64,000 nt of DNA from Candidatus Bathyarchaeota archaeon (GCA_963733095.1 CAVTBV010000012.1:96001-160000); one strand, 5' to 3'; positions 23,160-33,765 are shown, counted from the stretch's first letter. Translations and numbers: made by a program. The notes: generated from the sequence alone by a model not told the origin.

Positions 23160-23248
23160 CACATCCAAACAACAAAACTCTACTCCCCTCCGATGGGTTC
23201 AAATACGCGTAAGCAACGTCGAATGGGGTACCCATTTTTCGTGGTGTC
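23160..23248 (+). repeat. Imperfect direct repeat copy 2
   Basis: CCGATGGGTTCAAATACGCG..GTCGAATGGGGTACCCATTTTTCGTGGTGTC. Confidence 0.75.
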
Positions 23249-23678
23249 GCTATCAGAATTAGGTTTTCTAATTGACAAGATAAATATTGAAAATCCTAAT
23301 GCCCGCGATATTTTCTAAGTGCGAGAGTTGCTGCTCTATCAGGGGGATGATGTCGCCGTCCCAACCTTAGGGCAAAGTAGTTCTTCCGAGGGAAGTTATC
23401 CCTATATTCTTATTGTTGGCGTCTAGATAAAAGCTTTCATATCTTAGCATTCGTGGGCACAACGCATGTACAACTAAATTTTACAAACTGTTCTAGTTTA
23501 CATATACCCAACTTATAGAGGCAGGAAAAATTCGCGAATAATCCATTTAAGTGCAGCAAATCAAGCATTAGAAATTTTGTGAATAAAATGTTTCAATTGT
23601 TACGTCTCATGCTACAAAAATTATAATAATATAATTCATAGTAATATTATGAGCATATAATGTGCTTGAAGGAATAGG

Positions 23679-24770
23679 ATGATTGTAAAACGTAATCTTT
23701 TAAGAATTACGATTGCTATTCTTATTCTCACCAGCTTGTTTTTATCACTTAATATTGACTCGGTTTTAGCTCAAAAAGACAGCAATAATGGTATAACAGT
23801 GACAATTAATACATCAAATGGCGAAATCAAATATGATAAGCCGCTCATAATCCAAGGAGTTGTTTATAATACAACGACATATGAACCAACTAGGGCAACG
23901 ATTGTAATACAAATTTTAAAGGATAATACGGTTTTATACACAGCAACAACCGTTTCCTCATTACCAGACGGCAAGTATCAAGATCAGGGATATTGTGTTT
24001 GTCAAACAGGTACTCTCCAAATTACAGTATTAGCAACTTCACAAGGATATAATGCAAGCGCATCAACAACTGTTGTTTCAGAATATTATAAAACGATTTT
24101 TGACTTATTGATTGTCTATTTGATTCCATTTATACTATTGTCTGCTTCAGTAATCGTCTTCGTAATTGCGATTGTGAGTCAGACGGCTGCTAAAAAGAAT
24201 AAACACGTGAAACAATTGGGGCTTGATTCTGGCAAAGTATTTGTCGCTATTATGTTTGTACTTCTTTCTCTCCTCACAGCTAGCATTGTCGCTTTCTTTC
24301 TTTTTGTTCCTAGTCAAATCGGAGCAAGTAGTCCAATCGGGCTAGTTGTAAACTCTAATGGAAATGAAACTCAATGGGTGGTAAACCTTGGGGGACAGAG
24401 AACTATAGAATCCTCGCAATACCTTGGAGGAATTCAAATCCCAGTATATGTTTTAGTTATGAGTTTTCTCGGCGCTTATGTATTTTTCCTAACAAAAATC
24501 CGAACTCTTTTAGAAATACCCAACGGAAATGACTTGACTAAGCAATCATTGGAGTACTTAGCGCGTTTCTTCATTGCTCCTCTATTAGCAATTGCATTGT
24601 TTCTAGTTCTTTGGCAATTGGAAGTTAGGGGTACTTTCATTTTGGGTGCGGTGAGTTTTGCTACTGGCTTAATAATCGAGCTTGTAACCGACAAAATATT
24701 AGAATTCGCTAAAAACGTAATTGGTGTCAAAGAAACTCCTAAAACTAACATTATTACAAAAAAGCCTTAG
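23679..24770 (+). CDS. Membrane protein with signal peptide, Ig-like beta domain and multi-TM C-terminus
   Basis: Signal-like N-terminus, Thr/Val-rich beta region, about five TM helices. Confidence 0.7.
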   Translation: MIVKRNLLRITIAILILTSLFLSLNIDSVLAQKDSNNGITVTINTSNGEIKYDKPLIIQGVVYNTTTYEPTRATIVIQILKDNTVLYTATTVSSLPDGKYQDQGYCVCQTGTLQITVLATSQGYNASASTTVVSEYYKTIFDLLIVYLIPFILLSASVIVFVIAIVSQTAAKKNKHVKQLGLDSGKVFVAIMFVLLSLLTASIVAFFLFVPSQIGASSPIGLVVNSNGNETQWVVNLGGQRTIESSQYLGGIQIPVYVLVMSFLGAYVFFLTKIRTLLEIPNGNDLTKQSLEYLARFFIAPLLAIALFLVLWQLEVRGTFILGAVSFATGLIIELVTDKILEFAKNVIGVKETPKTNIITKKP

Positions 24771-25212
24771 GATCCACTTATCTTTCCTAAAGAACAAATA
24801 AAACAAATTTTTGTGCAAAAACAGAGCCCTTGGGTGCGAGGAGGGTGCCCTTTGGGGCGGTATGGTCGACTTTTTATGTTTTCTTTCCTAAGTCTTTTTT
24901 TTCTATGACGGCGGAAAAGGAGATTTAGGGGGTCAAAGGAAGAGTGTATTGTCATTTCATTTATTCCTAAGAGACGGTGGGTGAATTCTACGCTACGGGC
25001 ATAGAAGAGGGCGTCGGGGTCGAGGTTACTCCCTCAGGTCAGCTGAGAGCGTTATTTGGCAAGTGAAACTTTGCTAGTTAAAACTCATTGAAATATTAAA
25101 TAATTAAAATTAGCATATATTATATTTACATAAAAAATTAGAAAAAGTTTTAAATTGAAAGGCTCTGTTAACCATACTTAGATTTCTAATCAATTTTATA
25201 GGAGGTGAAAAA

Positions 25213-25698
25213 TTGACTAAAACTTTTATTCTATGGGTTCATGGAGCATCAGTTATACCCGAATATACAAAGGCATTTACGGGACATGACTACGGATTGT
25301 ACTTGCGCCCAACTGGTTACGGCTCAATAGTAAAACAGAAGGTAGGTACAGACAACTGGTTTCATTTCGCGATTCCTTCTGGAAGTAAACTCTGTGGTAT
25401 TCCTGGTGATGCTCGGGTATCGCTTCAAGAAGCGTTTGTACGATTCAAAATTAACACTGGGGCTGTCATAAAACAAATTACAGTTCACGAAAATGATCAT
25501 CCAAACAGCAGTAGCCCAAGAATTTTTGACTCTGGTTCAATCTCAATTACGGGACAAGATACTGAATATGCCATCCCGATTGTTCCTTATAAAATATGCA
25601 CAGGTCCTATTGTGATATGTGTATATGTCCATTGGGAAGCTGATAACGGCGAAGTTTTGTTCACTGGTGCAGGTGCACGCTTTGAAGCCACCGAATAA
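25213..25698 (+). CDS. DUF6623-like beta-rich protein
   Basis: WVHG, NWFHFAIP, F.GAGA.F pattern; strong SD GGAGGTGA. Confidence 0.6.
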   Translation: MTKTFILWVHGASVIPEYTKAFTGHDYGLYLRPTGYGSIVKQKVGTDNWFHFAIPSGSKLCGIPGDARVSLQEAFVRFKINTGAVIKQITVHENDHPNSSSPRIFDSGSISITGQDTEYAIPIVPYKICTGPIVICVYVHWEADNGEVLFTGAGARFEATE

Positions 25699-26140
25699 AG
25701 CAAATCAATGGTGGCGGAGTAAAATGGTTAAGGCTTAACGAGATGATTACTCCGTTCACCACCTCATTCTTTTGGTAAGTTAGTGCGCGATTCGGTTATT
25801 TGTATGATAGAAAGGCAAAATAGGCTCAAATTAGCCCTAAAATAGCGATATCGTTGGATGTTAGCTCATGTTTTTGAGTTTAACTTATGGATTCTGGAAA
25901 TATTTTTTTGAGCTAATCTAACCAGTTTTTAGATTCTCCTTGTGTCGATTTATGCAGGAAACTCACTGTTAGCTATTGTAATTCTTAAAATCTCTTCGCT
26001 CAACATTTTTCTTGCTTGACATTTTATTCCATCGCTTGGTATTATCGGTGGGTGATCGTATTCAGTCCAAAAGACTATTTTTAACAGTGTTAGATTTGGG
26101 GCATCCATTATTTTTTCGCATAAACAGCTTTCTGGAAGAT

Positions 26141-26560
26141 TTAGGCGCAGTTTGAGCAGAAATAATGTTTGGATATTAGACCTTTTGAGATTGCACAATC
26201 CTTGCAAAGTGGTTTTAAGCATTTTTCACAGACTTTTGCATGTTCATCACATACTAATTTTTCGCATTCGACTCATACATTAGTTGGAAAATCTTCGCAT
26301 GGTCTATCTAAGAACTTTGTTTTTGAGCATTTCAGTTCATCGAGCACTAATTCTCCTGAATATCCCAAATAATCTCTTTTGAATTGTTTTGGAGAGTTTG
26401 GAAGCTTGTAACTTAAATGGAAAATTGGAACTGCAAAAACACCCAAGGAACCCAGTTCTAAAATATCTTTTTTCTTAAGTGAGAGGTGGTTTGAACGATT
26501 TGAATGAACTGTGGCAAATCTTAAGTGGACTCGTCTCTTATTGCATATATCAAATTGGAT
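26141..26560 (-). pseudogene. Cys-rich (B-box-like) C-terminal protein fragment with an internal TGA
   Basis: LKCSKTKFLDRPCEDFPTNV*VECEKLVCDEHAKVCEKCLKPLCKDC..FCSNCA*; TGA at 26273-26275; no start found. Confidence 0.65.
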
Positions 26561-26585
26561 TAAACACCGAATAAAGTGATGTTAC

Positions 26586-27624
26586 TTGACTAATTGGTTC
26601 GTAATTTATGACCTTCTAACTTACAATCAATATCGCATTTATGAGGATATGATTCTATGTGAAGCAAAATATTCTCGACGCAATAGTAGTCTTAGAACAA
26701 AACTTGTTGTCCCATGTGAGAAGAAATTTTTTGACATAAAGGAAAATGATAGAGTGGTTTATTATGCTAGAGGCGCTGGAGTGATTGTGGGTATATTTAA
26801 GATTCTTTCAAGCAAAACATTTTTTATAAAAAGCCCAGATGTAGAAAGGTATCTTTTTGCAAAAAAAAATTAGAAAAATCAGAGGTTTAAAAGATGAATA
26901 CTTGAATTTCAAAAAATTAATTTATAATTCAAATTTTAATGGAATAGATGTAAATGAAATGCTTGAAAAGAAAATGTCGTGGAGTATTCTAGATGATAAT
27001 GATTACAGCAAAATAGAACAGGCATATAATAACCGTTCTTACCAAATAAAAATCAAGAATAAGCCAAATGAATTTGGATCTCATGGTTGGATAATTGATC
27101 CAGAGGTTAGCAATGGTATTCTTAGTTACTATAATGGACGAGCCACATCTTTCTCAAGTCTCTTTCTAGCTTCAATCTTTGGATTGCTAACTTTAGCAGC
27201 GATACTGCAATCAGTGTTTAGTCAACCAAATTTTACTCTAATGAATAATTGGGTTGTTTTACTGCTCTCATCATTCCTTTATTTTTTCTTCATCATAGTG
27301 GGTTATTACACCCTAAATACATACTTTCATTATACGGGCATAGCTGATAGAATAAAGAATTTCGCATTAGACATTCCTTATCTAAAGGAACTGGAGAAAG
27401 TGTGGGCTGTTGGTGAAAAAGACAATCGCTACTATGAAACTAATCTTTCACAAGTTATAATGGACAAGGAAAGACATTATAGTAATTCGTTATTGAAAAA
27501 ATATATTCTTAGACATGCTGCATTATTCATTGGAGGATACATAATAGCACTCTTAGCGTTAAGTTTACTAATATATTGGAATCTACTATTACAATTTTGG
27601 AGCATTATTAGTAAATTCATGTGA
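26586..27624 (+). pseudogene. EVE/PUA-like domain plus TM domain, split at an A9 tract (ORFs 26586-26873 and 26857-27624)
   Basis: N-terminal W..I and IKENDRVVYYA..IVGIFKI (EVE-like); frames overlap at A9 26861-26869; the second ORF ends in three TM helices. Confidence 0.55.
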
Positions 27625-27891
27625 AAATCAATAATGCTCAATATCTACCTACTTGGTTTTGTTAGGGTCTAATCTTGCAAGGAAACGCTTAATATTGAAA
27701 ATGCTTTACTGAGAGTTGGATTAAAAATTTTTTATGTGGCAATCTTAAGAACAAAGCCAGCATTTAATTATAACCCGTGCTAATAGTTGATGGCGTCAAG
27801 TACAAGCCTTGGACTCATAAAGATGAAGAGAAAGAATTCCATCCATTAGTAAAAGCACACAATCATATGGGCTAACAAAGAGGAATAGAGA

Positions 27892-28101
27892 ATGGTTAAA
27901 GTTTCAAAGGATGGAAAAGGCAAAACTCTCTACATTGAACTGAGCGTATTTCCATGTGGAACAGCAAACACTGCGACAAACCTGACTATTTCATGTCCTG
28001 ATTCGGATACAAGGTTCAAAACTACGCTTTCAGATGAGGGATTAAAAAAGTTTAGAGCTAACATCTTGGATTTTTATAAGAAATATGTTGTCGAAAAGTA
28101 A
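27892..28101 (+). CDS. Small hypothetical protein
   Basis: 69-aa ORF with purine-rich leader. Confidence 0.6.
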   Translation: MVKVSKDGKGKTLYIELSVFPCGTANTATNLTISCPDSDTRFKTTLSDEGLKKFRANILDFYKKYVVEK

Positions 28102-28110
28102 AGTGACCTT

Positions 28111-28320
28111 ATGAAGACAAAATTGAAAATGAAGTGCAAATCTTGCGGTCACTGGAATAGTGTAGCGGTTGAAAAGGTAATGTTTAATCCAGATAGCCCT
28201 GACCCGAAGGTGCAAGTGTTCTTGCCTTCTTACTTACTGCTTAAAACTGACGTTTGCGCTAAATGCAAAAGCCTAATAGTTGAACCAAAGGAAATCATTA
28301 CAAAAGTGAATGATATTTGA
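28111..28320 (+). CDS. Zinc-ribbon protein
   Basis: CKSCGHWN ... CAKCKS. Confidence 0.65.
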   Translation: MKTKLKMKCKSCGHWNSVAVEKVMFNPDSPDPKVQVFLPSYLLLKTDVCAKCKSLIVEPKEIITKVNDI

Positions 28321-28603
28321 GTCAGCATCCAGAAAAGGAATCTTTCAAAAAAAGATTAGCTGGTTTTGCACATTTTTTGAATTACAAGATGGCTTGTTGG
28401 AACGGTCATTGTCCAAAGTCAAATGGAAAAAAGGGATTACACAGTATCAAGATGAGGAGATGGTTAACTATTCTCTTTCAAGATGGCTTAAATCAAAAAT
28501 CTCGATGGAAATGATAGAGATATCTCAGATAAATAGGATTCAAGTAATTCCTGAAAAAGAAGACCTAATTTTTGTTATACATTTTGAATTACAGGATATT
28601 TGA
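28310..28603 (+). CDS. Hypothetical protein
   Basis: 97-aa ORF overlapping the upstream gene. Confidence 0.5.
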   Translation: MIFESASRKGIFQKKISWFCTFFELQDGLLERSLSKVKWKKGITQYQDEEMVNYSLSRWLKSKISMEMIEISQINRIQVIPEKEDLIFVIHFELQDI

Positions 28604-28665
28604 TTAGTTAGTTCGGCTTAAGCTTTTAAGTGCTAAATAAAAAAAGTGTGAATTATTAAGCATAG

Positions 28666-29355
28666 TCATTTTGTTTTAGGTGGTTCAGACGATACCACGT
28701 TTAGCTCATAAGCCAAGAGTGACAATAACCAATTAGTTCTGTTAATACAATTAACTATCTTATCTTTACTAGGGCTGATAATTTCATGGACTGGCTTATT
28801 CCTTAGGAGAATTGTACCATTCTCAAGATGGATTTTAAAGTGAGCTATATCATTTCTTAAACTACTATCAATAGTTGCTACAAAAAGTTTCAAACCATTA
28901 TTACTAAGAAAATTAAGTTTGGTCTTTAAGGGAGTATAACTCTTTTCTAAATCTTCAATACACATAACGTGATTAATTCTTGGTGTATCACGCATTGACT
29001 CTATATGAAAATCTCGCCCACTAGCTACTACCAGCATGACTAAAATGTCAACGTAGTAGTTCGCTAAGCTCTCAACCAAGCCAAGATAAGTAAACAATTC
29101 ATGTATCTGCTGGGTTAAGGTTGGATTTTCTTCACCTGGAGTATTTGCCTGAAATATTGCTTCCATTAGGTTATGCATTTTTCTATTAGGAACAAAAGAT
29201 TTCTCTAATGTTTCTTTGACCAAGGCAATGTCTGTTTTTGGTGACTTAATGATTTTATCAAGAATTGGTCGCAGTTCATCTGCTATCTTTTTCTGGAATT
29301 CTTGATCTTTCCGTAATTCCTTGTCAATTCCAATATGCGAAGGCATAAGAACCAA
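28666..29355 (-). CDS. HEPN-like domain protein
   Basis: All-helical pattern with LVES..Y and LRNDIAH (Rx4H) motif. Confidence 0.6.
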   Translation of the reverse strand: MVLMPSHIGIDKELRKDQEFQKKIADELRPILDKIIKSPKTDIALVKETLEKSFVPNRKMHNLMEAIFQANTPGEENPTLTQQIHELFTYLGLVESLANYYVDILVMLVVASGRDFHIESMRDTPRINHVMCIEDLEKSYTPLKTKLNFLSNNGLKLFVATIDSSLRNDIAHFKIHLENGTILLRNKPVHEIISPSKDKIVNCINRTNWLLSLLAYELNVVSSEPPKTK

Positions 29356-29565
29356 ACCTTTTGTATCTTATCTTGATTATCATGTTTGTTTATTAAACAA
29401 TTTAGTAAAATAATGAAAACACATGAGAAGCCAACTTTCTATCTAAAACAGGTTTACGCCTCAATATCGTTCAAAATACTTTTTCGTTATTCTTAATTAA
29501 AAGGCATTGTTGACATATAGAAAATGTTAAATATAAAAAATACTGAATAAGAATCAGGTGTTGTA

Positions 29566-30447
29566 ATGTCTTCTAAACCAAAGAAGTATATCAACTGGTG
29601 GGGCATTGCAAGCGTTATCGTTTTTGCAGTTCTGTTAATATCGTATTTTTTAGTTAGGCTACCAACTGCAACTGCCGAGGTTCCTTTTGCTCAGGTTTTC
29701 TGGAGTGATTTCCTAACGCTTCTACCTTATTTAATTGTAGGTGTTTTTAGCTTTGTCTTTGGTTTCTTGGATTTATCAGACAAATTTCCAGATTTGGGGG
29801 TAAAATTACCCTTATCAAACAAGTATGGATGGGGTTACCTTATCTTTAACACGTTTGTACCGATAGTTCTATTGTATGCTTACCTCGATTATCTCCCTAC
29901 TCTCGGGGTTCCAAAAATCGGCGATGTGTGGATTACATCTTTCGTGGTAGCCTTAGCTTTTCCAATGTTAATCAGAAGCAAATTTTTTAGTTATACCAAT
30001 TCATCTGGGGATAATGTCTCAGTTGGTTTTGATCAAATATATGATAGACTAACAGAGGCATTTGTAGAAAAAATATCGAGAAGCTCAAGGGCTCCCCAAC
30101 AAAGGTGTGTGCTTCTTAAGAGAGCCGCAGGTTTATTCAGTAAAGCAGAAGACCTAAAGAAAGAAGCAGATATGCTAACTAGAACCCGACCTGATTGGAA
30201 CAAAGAAAGGCGAGAAAAGGAAAATGAGTCGATCAATAAGATCATGTCTTCAAGCGACCCAGATGAGAATAAAAAGTTGGATTTGGCAAACTATATTCTA
30301 ACAACAGGAGGAGAAGAGTATTTCCAAGAGATGATTTTAAGATCGCCAGCAACCCAGCCTGAAAAGGACAAAACCCTACTTAATCTAAGTGACCTATCAA
30401 AAAGTCTAAGCGGGTCTTTTGTTGTTTCAGGGAGCGCAATAACATAG
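29566..30447 (+). CDS. Four-TM membrane protein with helical cytoplasmic C-terminus
   Basis: Hydrophobic N-terminal half, charged helical C-terminal half. Confidence 0.7.
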   Translation: MSSKPKKYINWWGIASVIVFAVLLISYFLVRLPTATAEVPFAQVFWSDFLTLLPYLIVGVFSFVFGFLDLSDKFPDLGVKLPLSNKYGWGYLIFNTFVPIVLLYAYLDYLPTLGVPKIGDVWITSFVVALAFPMLIRSKFFSYTNSSGDNVSVGFDQIYDRLTEAFVEKISRSSRAPQQRCVLLKRAAGLFSKAEDLKKEADMLTRTRPDWNKERREKENESINKIMSSSDPDENKKLDLANYILTTGGEEYFQEMILRSPATQPEKDKTLLNLSDLSKSLSGSFVVSGSAIT

Positions 30448-30551
30448 ACTGATTTGCTCTTGTAGATCTTACATCTCAAAACTTGTCTAATTTTACACAA
30501 GGCAATAGGGTTTAATAAGAGAAATTCGACGCCCTAAACGACTTTCGTATT

Positions 30552-32327
30552 TCAACTTGTACTGAAACGGCTCACTTTAACAAAGGGAAATTTCTCATTA
30601 CTTTTGGGTGGATAATCAAACTTTTGATTAAATAAAATGTCATCCATCACGTAAGGTTCGCTATGTTCACTTTTCTGTTCTTCAAAAAGGCTGAAGCTAT
30701 CGTATGTTCCACGGGCACGTTTAAGGTCAGCTTGAAGCAACCTTGAAACTTTAGCTTTGTCTAAACTTACGGGTTTTTCAGCCCAAAACCCTAAAGGCAA
30801 ACTCAGAGCAACTTTGTTCTTGGTCTTTAATGTGTGCTTAACCTCAATACGTGTGGTGAAAGGAAACTCTGGGTTATCCCATAATCGAAAATAATCCTCG
30901 ATGAAGTAGTGCCACGCATGCCTACCATAAACGCGAATTGGTTTTCCCTCTTCTCGCATCATGTAGGTTTTAGCTCGGAAACTCGCAAGTTCACCTTTGC
31001 CTTTGACTTCCATTACAACTGGAATACTCAATTCACCGTTTGTTAACTCAGCATGATTACCTGACATATCGGTGGCACTAAAGATTGAATCAGTGTCCAT
31101 GCCTAAAATTGCGGTGGGGCAACGGTCAAAAAGAAGACTCATTGTTAAGTGGCTGTGGGCTAATATGGTGCTGAAAGCTGGATAATTGGTGGTTAAGGCT
31201 TCAGGGTGACTTTGTCCGAGTTTGCCATAAGTGGAATTGAGGACTGCTTTAGAGTACCTTGATTGCTTCTCGTCTAATTTGCCTTCTACGCGGTCACAGA
31301 GCATTTGATTGAACTTTGTTTGTATCTGCTTTCGTGAGGAGTCAAAGGCGGGTCTGTAAGCTTTGGCAATCCACAAGGGTTTAGCTTTGGCTGCAGCGAG
31401 GTCGAAGGTGTGGAACATGCCTGTGACTTTGCCGTTGACATAGGTGACTTGTTTGGCTTGGATTGGCAGTCCCCACATTTTGTTTTCAGTGGTGAAGCAG
31501 CCCACTAACCACCCGAACCTCTGTTCGTTCAAGTCTGAGCTTATGGGGACATCGTCGGGTTCACAGGGTTCCACGCCGTCGATTGTTAAGGCTGAGGTTG
31601 CAAAGATGGAACATGGATAAAGCGATTTCACGTCGTTGTAGTAAGCGTGTTTAGTGTAGCCCACTGTGAACATTTCGCTGCGTCCTGCAGCGGTGCTCTG
31701 GGCGATCATGCGTTCAATCGGTGGAATCAACATGCGACCCTGCAGCCGCTTATGACGCTTAGGGAACCGAAAATATTCAGCCGCTATGCTGCCTGCACTT
31801 GCGTAGACGCGTGGATCGCAATTGTTGTTTTCGATAAGCCAATGAGCAGCTTTAGCGGTGATCACAGCGTCGTTTAAAGCATACGTCCTAAAGATGTCAT
31901 ATTCTTGCTCTGTTTGCCATTTACGCAACCCTAAGAAATCAGGTTTATCGAGCTTGGGCACACCGACTAAAACGCCGACATCGGCTAAACGTCGAAACCC
32001 GAAATTGAGGAGCAGAGGCATAACGTCGTAGGCTTTGATATGGGTTGAGCCGTACTTGATTTTCCCAACTGACTTGCCGCGATAGGGCACGACCTCGACG
32101 CTTCCAGATGGCAGCCACTCTTTGATCGCGCCGAGATCGCAGAGCATGTTGAAACCGTAAATTTCCTTAAGGGCACGGTTGTTGTTTAGAAAGCGTTTAA
32201 GGTCATCAGAACTCTCAAGAAAGAAATGGTATTTTGCACCGTCAGAGAATTGGATGGAATGAACGCTCTCAGGGTCACCTGTGTGCCCCGTTGGAAGAAA
32301 CTCTGAGTCAAAGCCGACGTACGACAT
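30552..32327 (-). CDS. Family B DNA polymerase, compact protein-primed-like type
   Basis: ExoI GFDSE, ExoII FNMLCDL, ExoIII YALNDA, motif A YNDVKSLYP, motif B KAVLNSTYGKLGQ, motif C MDTDS, KTY. Confidence 0.93.
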   Translation of the reverse strand: MSYVGFDSEFLPTGHTGDPESVHSIQFSDGAKYHFFLESSDDLKRFLNNNRALKEIYGFNMLCDLGAIKEWLPSGSVEVVPYRGKSVGKIKYGSTHIKAYDVMPLLLNFGFRRLADVGVLVGVPKLDKPDFLGLRKWQTEQEYDIFRTYALNDAVITAKAAHWLIENNNCDPRVYASAGSIAAEYFRFPKRHKRLQGRMLIPPIERMIAQSTAAGRSEMFTVGYTKHAYYNDVKSLYPCSIFATSALTIDGVEPCEPDDVPISSDLNEQRFGWLVGCFTTENKMWGLPIQAKQVTYVNGKVTGMFHTFDLAAAKAKPLWIAKAYRPAFDSSRKQIQTKFNQMLCDRVEGKLDEKQSRYSKAVLNSTYGKLGQSHPEALTTNYPAFSTILAHSHLTMSLLFDRCPTAILGMDTDSIFSATDMSGNHAELTNGELSIPVVMEVKGKGELASFRAKTYMMREEGKPIRVYGRHAWHYFIEDYFRLWDNPEFPFTTRIEVKHTLKTKNKVALSLPLGFWAEKPVSLDKAKVSRLLQADLKRARGTYDSFSLFEEQKSEHSEPYVMDDILFNQKFDYPPKSNEKFPFVKVSRFSTS

Positions 32328-32476
32328 GGCGGTATCCCATCCATATATACAGAGTTTGAAAAGTGGAAAATGGGGGATTTTGCTGTGTCCGTTCAGTGTT
32401 TGTGGCGTGTTTTAGGGTTATCGGGTTTACCATGGCGAGCGTTTCTGTGGTAAGCATGTTGAATATTTGGCGCATT

Positions 32477-32908
32477 TTACGTTTCAGCCTTATTTTGGGC
32501 TTCTTTCAATTTTTCAATGTCTAAAGCTTTGGGTTCGGTGCCATATATAAGTCTCTTATTTTTAGAGGTGACGGTTTGCTCTCCCATAAACGAAGTAGGT
32601 TTCAAGTATATCTTTCGAATTCCTGTTTTTCCGCAATTAGGACAACCCATGTAAAACAATAATGCATAGAGTTTTTGTTTCCCTTCAGCATCTTGTGGAT
32701 ATGGACTAAAGTCAACTTGCAACACATCAAGCATAGTCTCGCAATCTTCGCAAGCAAAATGGAAATGATCGGTAGAATCATAAGTGGGAATAAAATCACT
32801 GCTACCCTCGCTTAAAACAACATTAACGGCTCGATAGATTGTTTTAGTTGTTTTCGGTGCTATTGGCTTTTTGAGAGGTTTATTTTGATTATATCGTTCA
32901 TACTTCAT
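32477..32908 (-). CDS. Zinc-finger protein in the PolB operon
   Basis: CEDC ... CPNCG. Confidence 0.7.
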   Translation of the reverse strand: MKYERYNQNKPLKKPIAPKTTKTIYRAVNVVLSEGSSDFIPTYDSTDHFHFACEDCETMLDVLQVDFSPYPQDAEGKQKLYALLFYMGCPNCGKTGIRKIYLKPTSFMGEQTVTSKNKRLIYGTEPKALDIEKLKEAQNKAET

Positions 32909-32917
32909 TCTTTCACT

Positions 32918-33166
32918 TCACCAAATGTACGGTTTATGTTGGAAAACTTCGCAGTTTCCGCAAGAAGTGGCACCCGTGCAAGTTTTCTTTGGGTTGTATT
33001 TGCATGCTTTTGGCAATCGCTGTTTTAGTTTTTGTTCAAGCGCTAAAACTGAGGATTCAAGTTTTTGAATTTCTTGTTTAAGGGTTGTTCGGTTGGTTAG
33101 CTTACCACACCCCACGTAAGGAACCGAGTTTCCACATTTATCACACGGTTTTTTGCCGCATGTCAT
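32918..33166 (-). CDS. Small Cys-rich coiled-coil protein
   Basis: CDKC, central heptads, CGNC; 4-bp overlap with the upstream gene. Confidence 0.65.
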   Translation of the reverse strand: MTCGKKPCDKCGNSVPYVGCGKLTNRTTLKQEIQKLESSVLALEQKLKQRLPKACKYNPKKTCTGATSCGNCEVFQHKPYIW

Positions 33167-33765
33167 GGGGATTCTGCCACCATTTTTAAGATCAGTTTCA
33201 TTTCTTGAATCGTGTTGCTTGATGCGGTCACTGTGATTGGTCTGCTCTTTTCCATTGTGATGATTTGGTCATATGTAAGAGTCTTCATGTCGAAGGTGAC
33301 AGATTCAGCAATAGGGGTTTTGAGGGTTATTACGGTTGATGATAAAGGATAGAATGCATTTGGTGCGAAATCGAATGCGACACGGAACTTTGATAGCTTT
33401 TTGATTGTTGCAGTAACGTATTCTCTTTCAGTGTTTTGTTTCTCGATGAGGTCATTTCGCTGCTTCATTTTTATTATTGGTGGAATCAATGCCATTGTTG
33501 CTTCAAGTTCCGCTATGAACGGCGTTAAACAGGGGTTGCGACGGACTTGTTTCAGATTTTTTAGAAGGTAGCGAAGATGCATATGTAAGTCTTCTACTTC
33601 CTGTGTTTTTCTTGAGTTTAAGAGGTTGTTTAGTTCCGAGTCGGTTAGCGCTAATATATCCATGTCCATTAAAGGTTGCTGCAACCTAAATTTCTCCATT
33701 GGGTTTAACTGGGGCTTTGCGGTTATCAGTCGGAAGCGTGTCGTTTGGATAGGTTTCTGGAACAA
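33163..33765 (-). CDS. Hypothetical helical protein (true start possibly the internal MEKF)
   Basis: ORF in a tightly packed minus-strand operon. Confidence 0.65.
   Translation of the reverse strand: MFQKPIQTTRFRLITAKPQLNPMEKFRLQQPLMDMDILALTDSELNNLLNSRKTQEVEDLHMHLRYLLKNLKQVRRNPCLTPFIAELEATMALIPPIIKMKQRNDLIEKQNTEREYVTATIKKLSKFRVAFDFAPNAFYPLSSTVITLKTPIAESVTFDMKTLTYDQIITMEKSRPITVTASSNTIQEMKLILKMVAESP

Noticed and set aside
22740-23248. CRISPR or integron array
   Set aside because: Only two diverged copies about 420 bp apart; no cas genes and no further copies seen between other cargo genes
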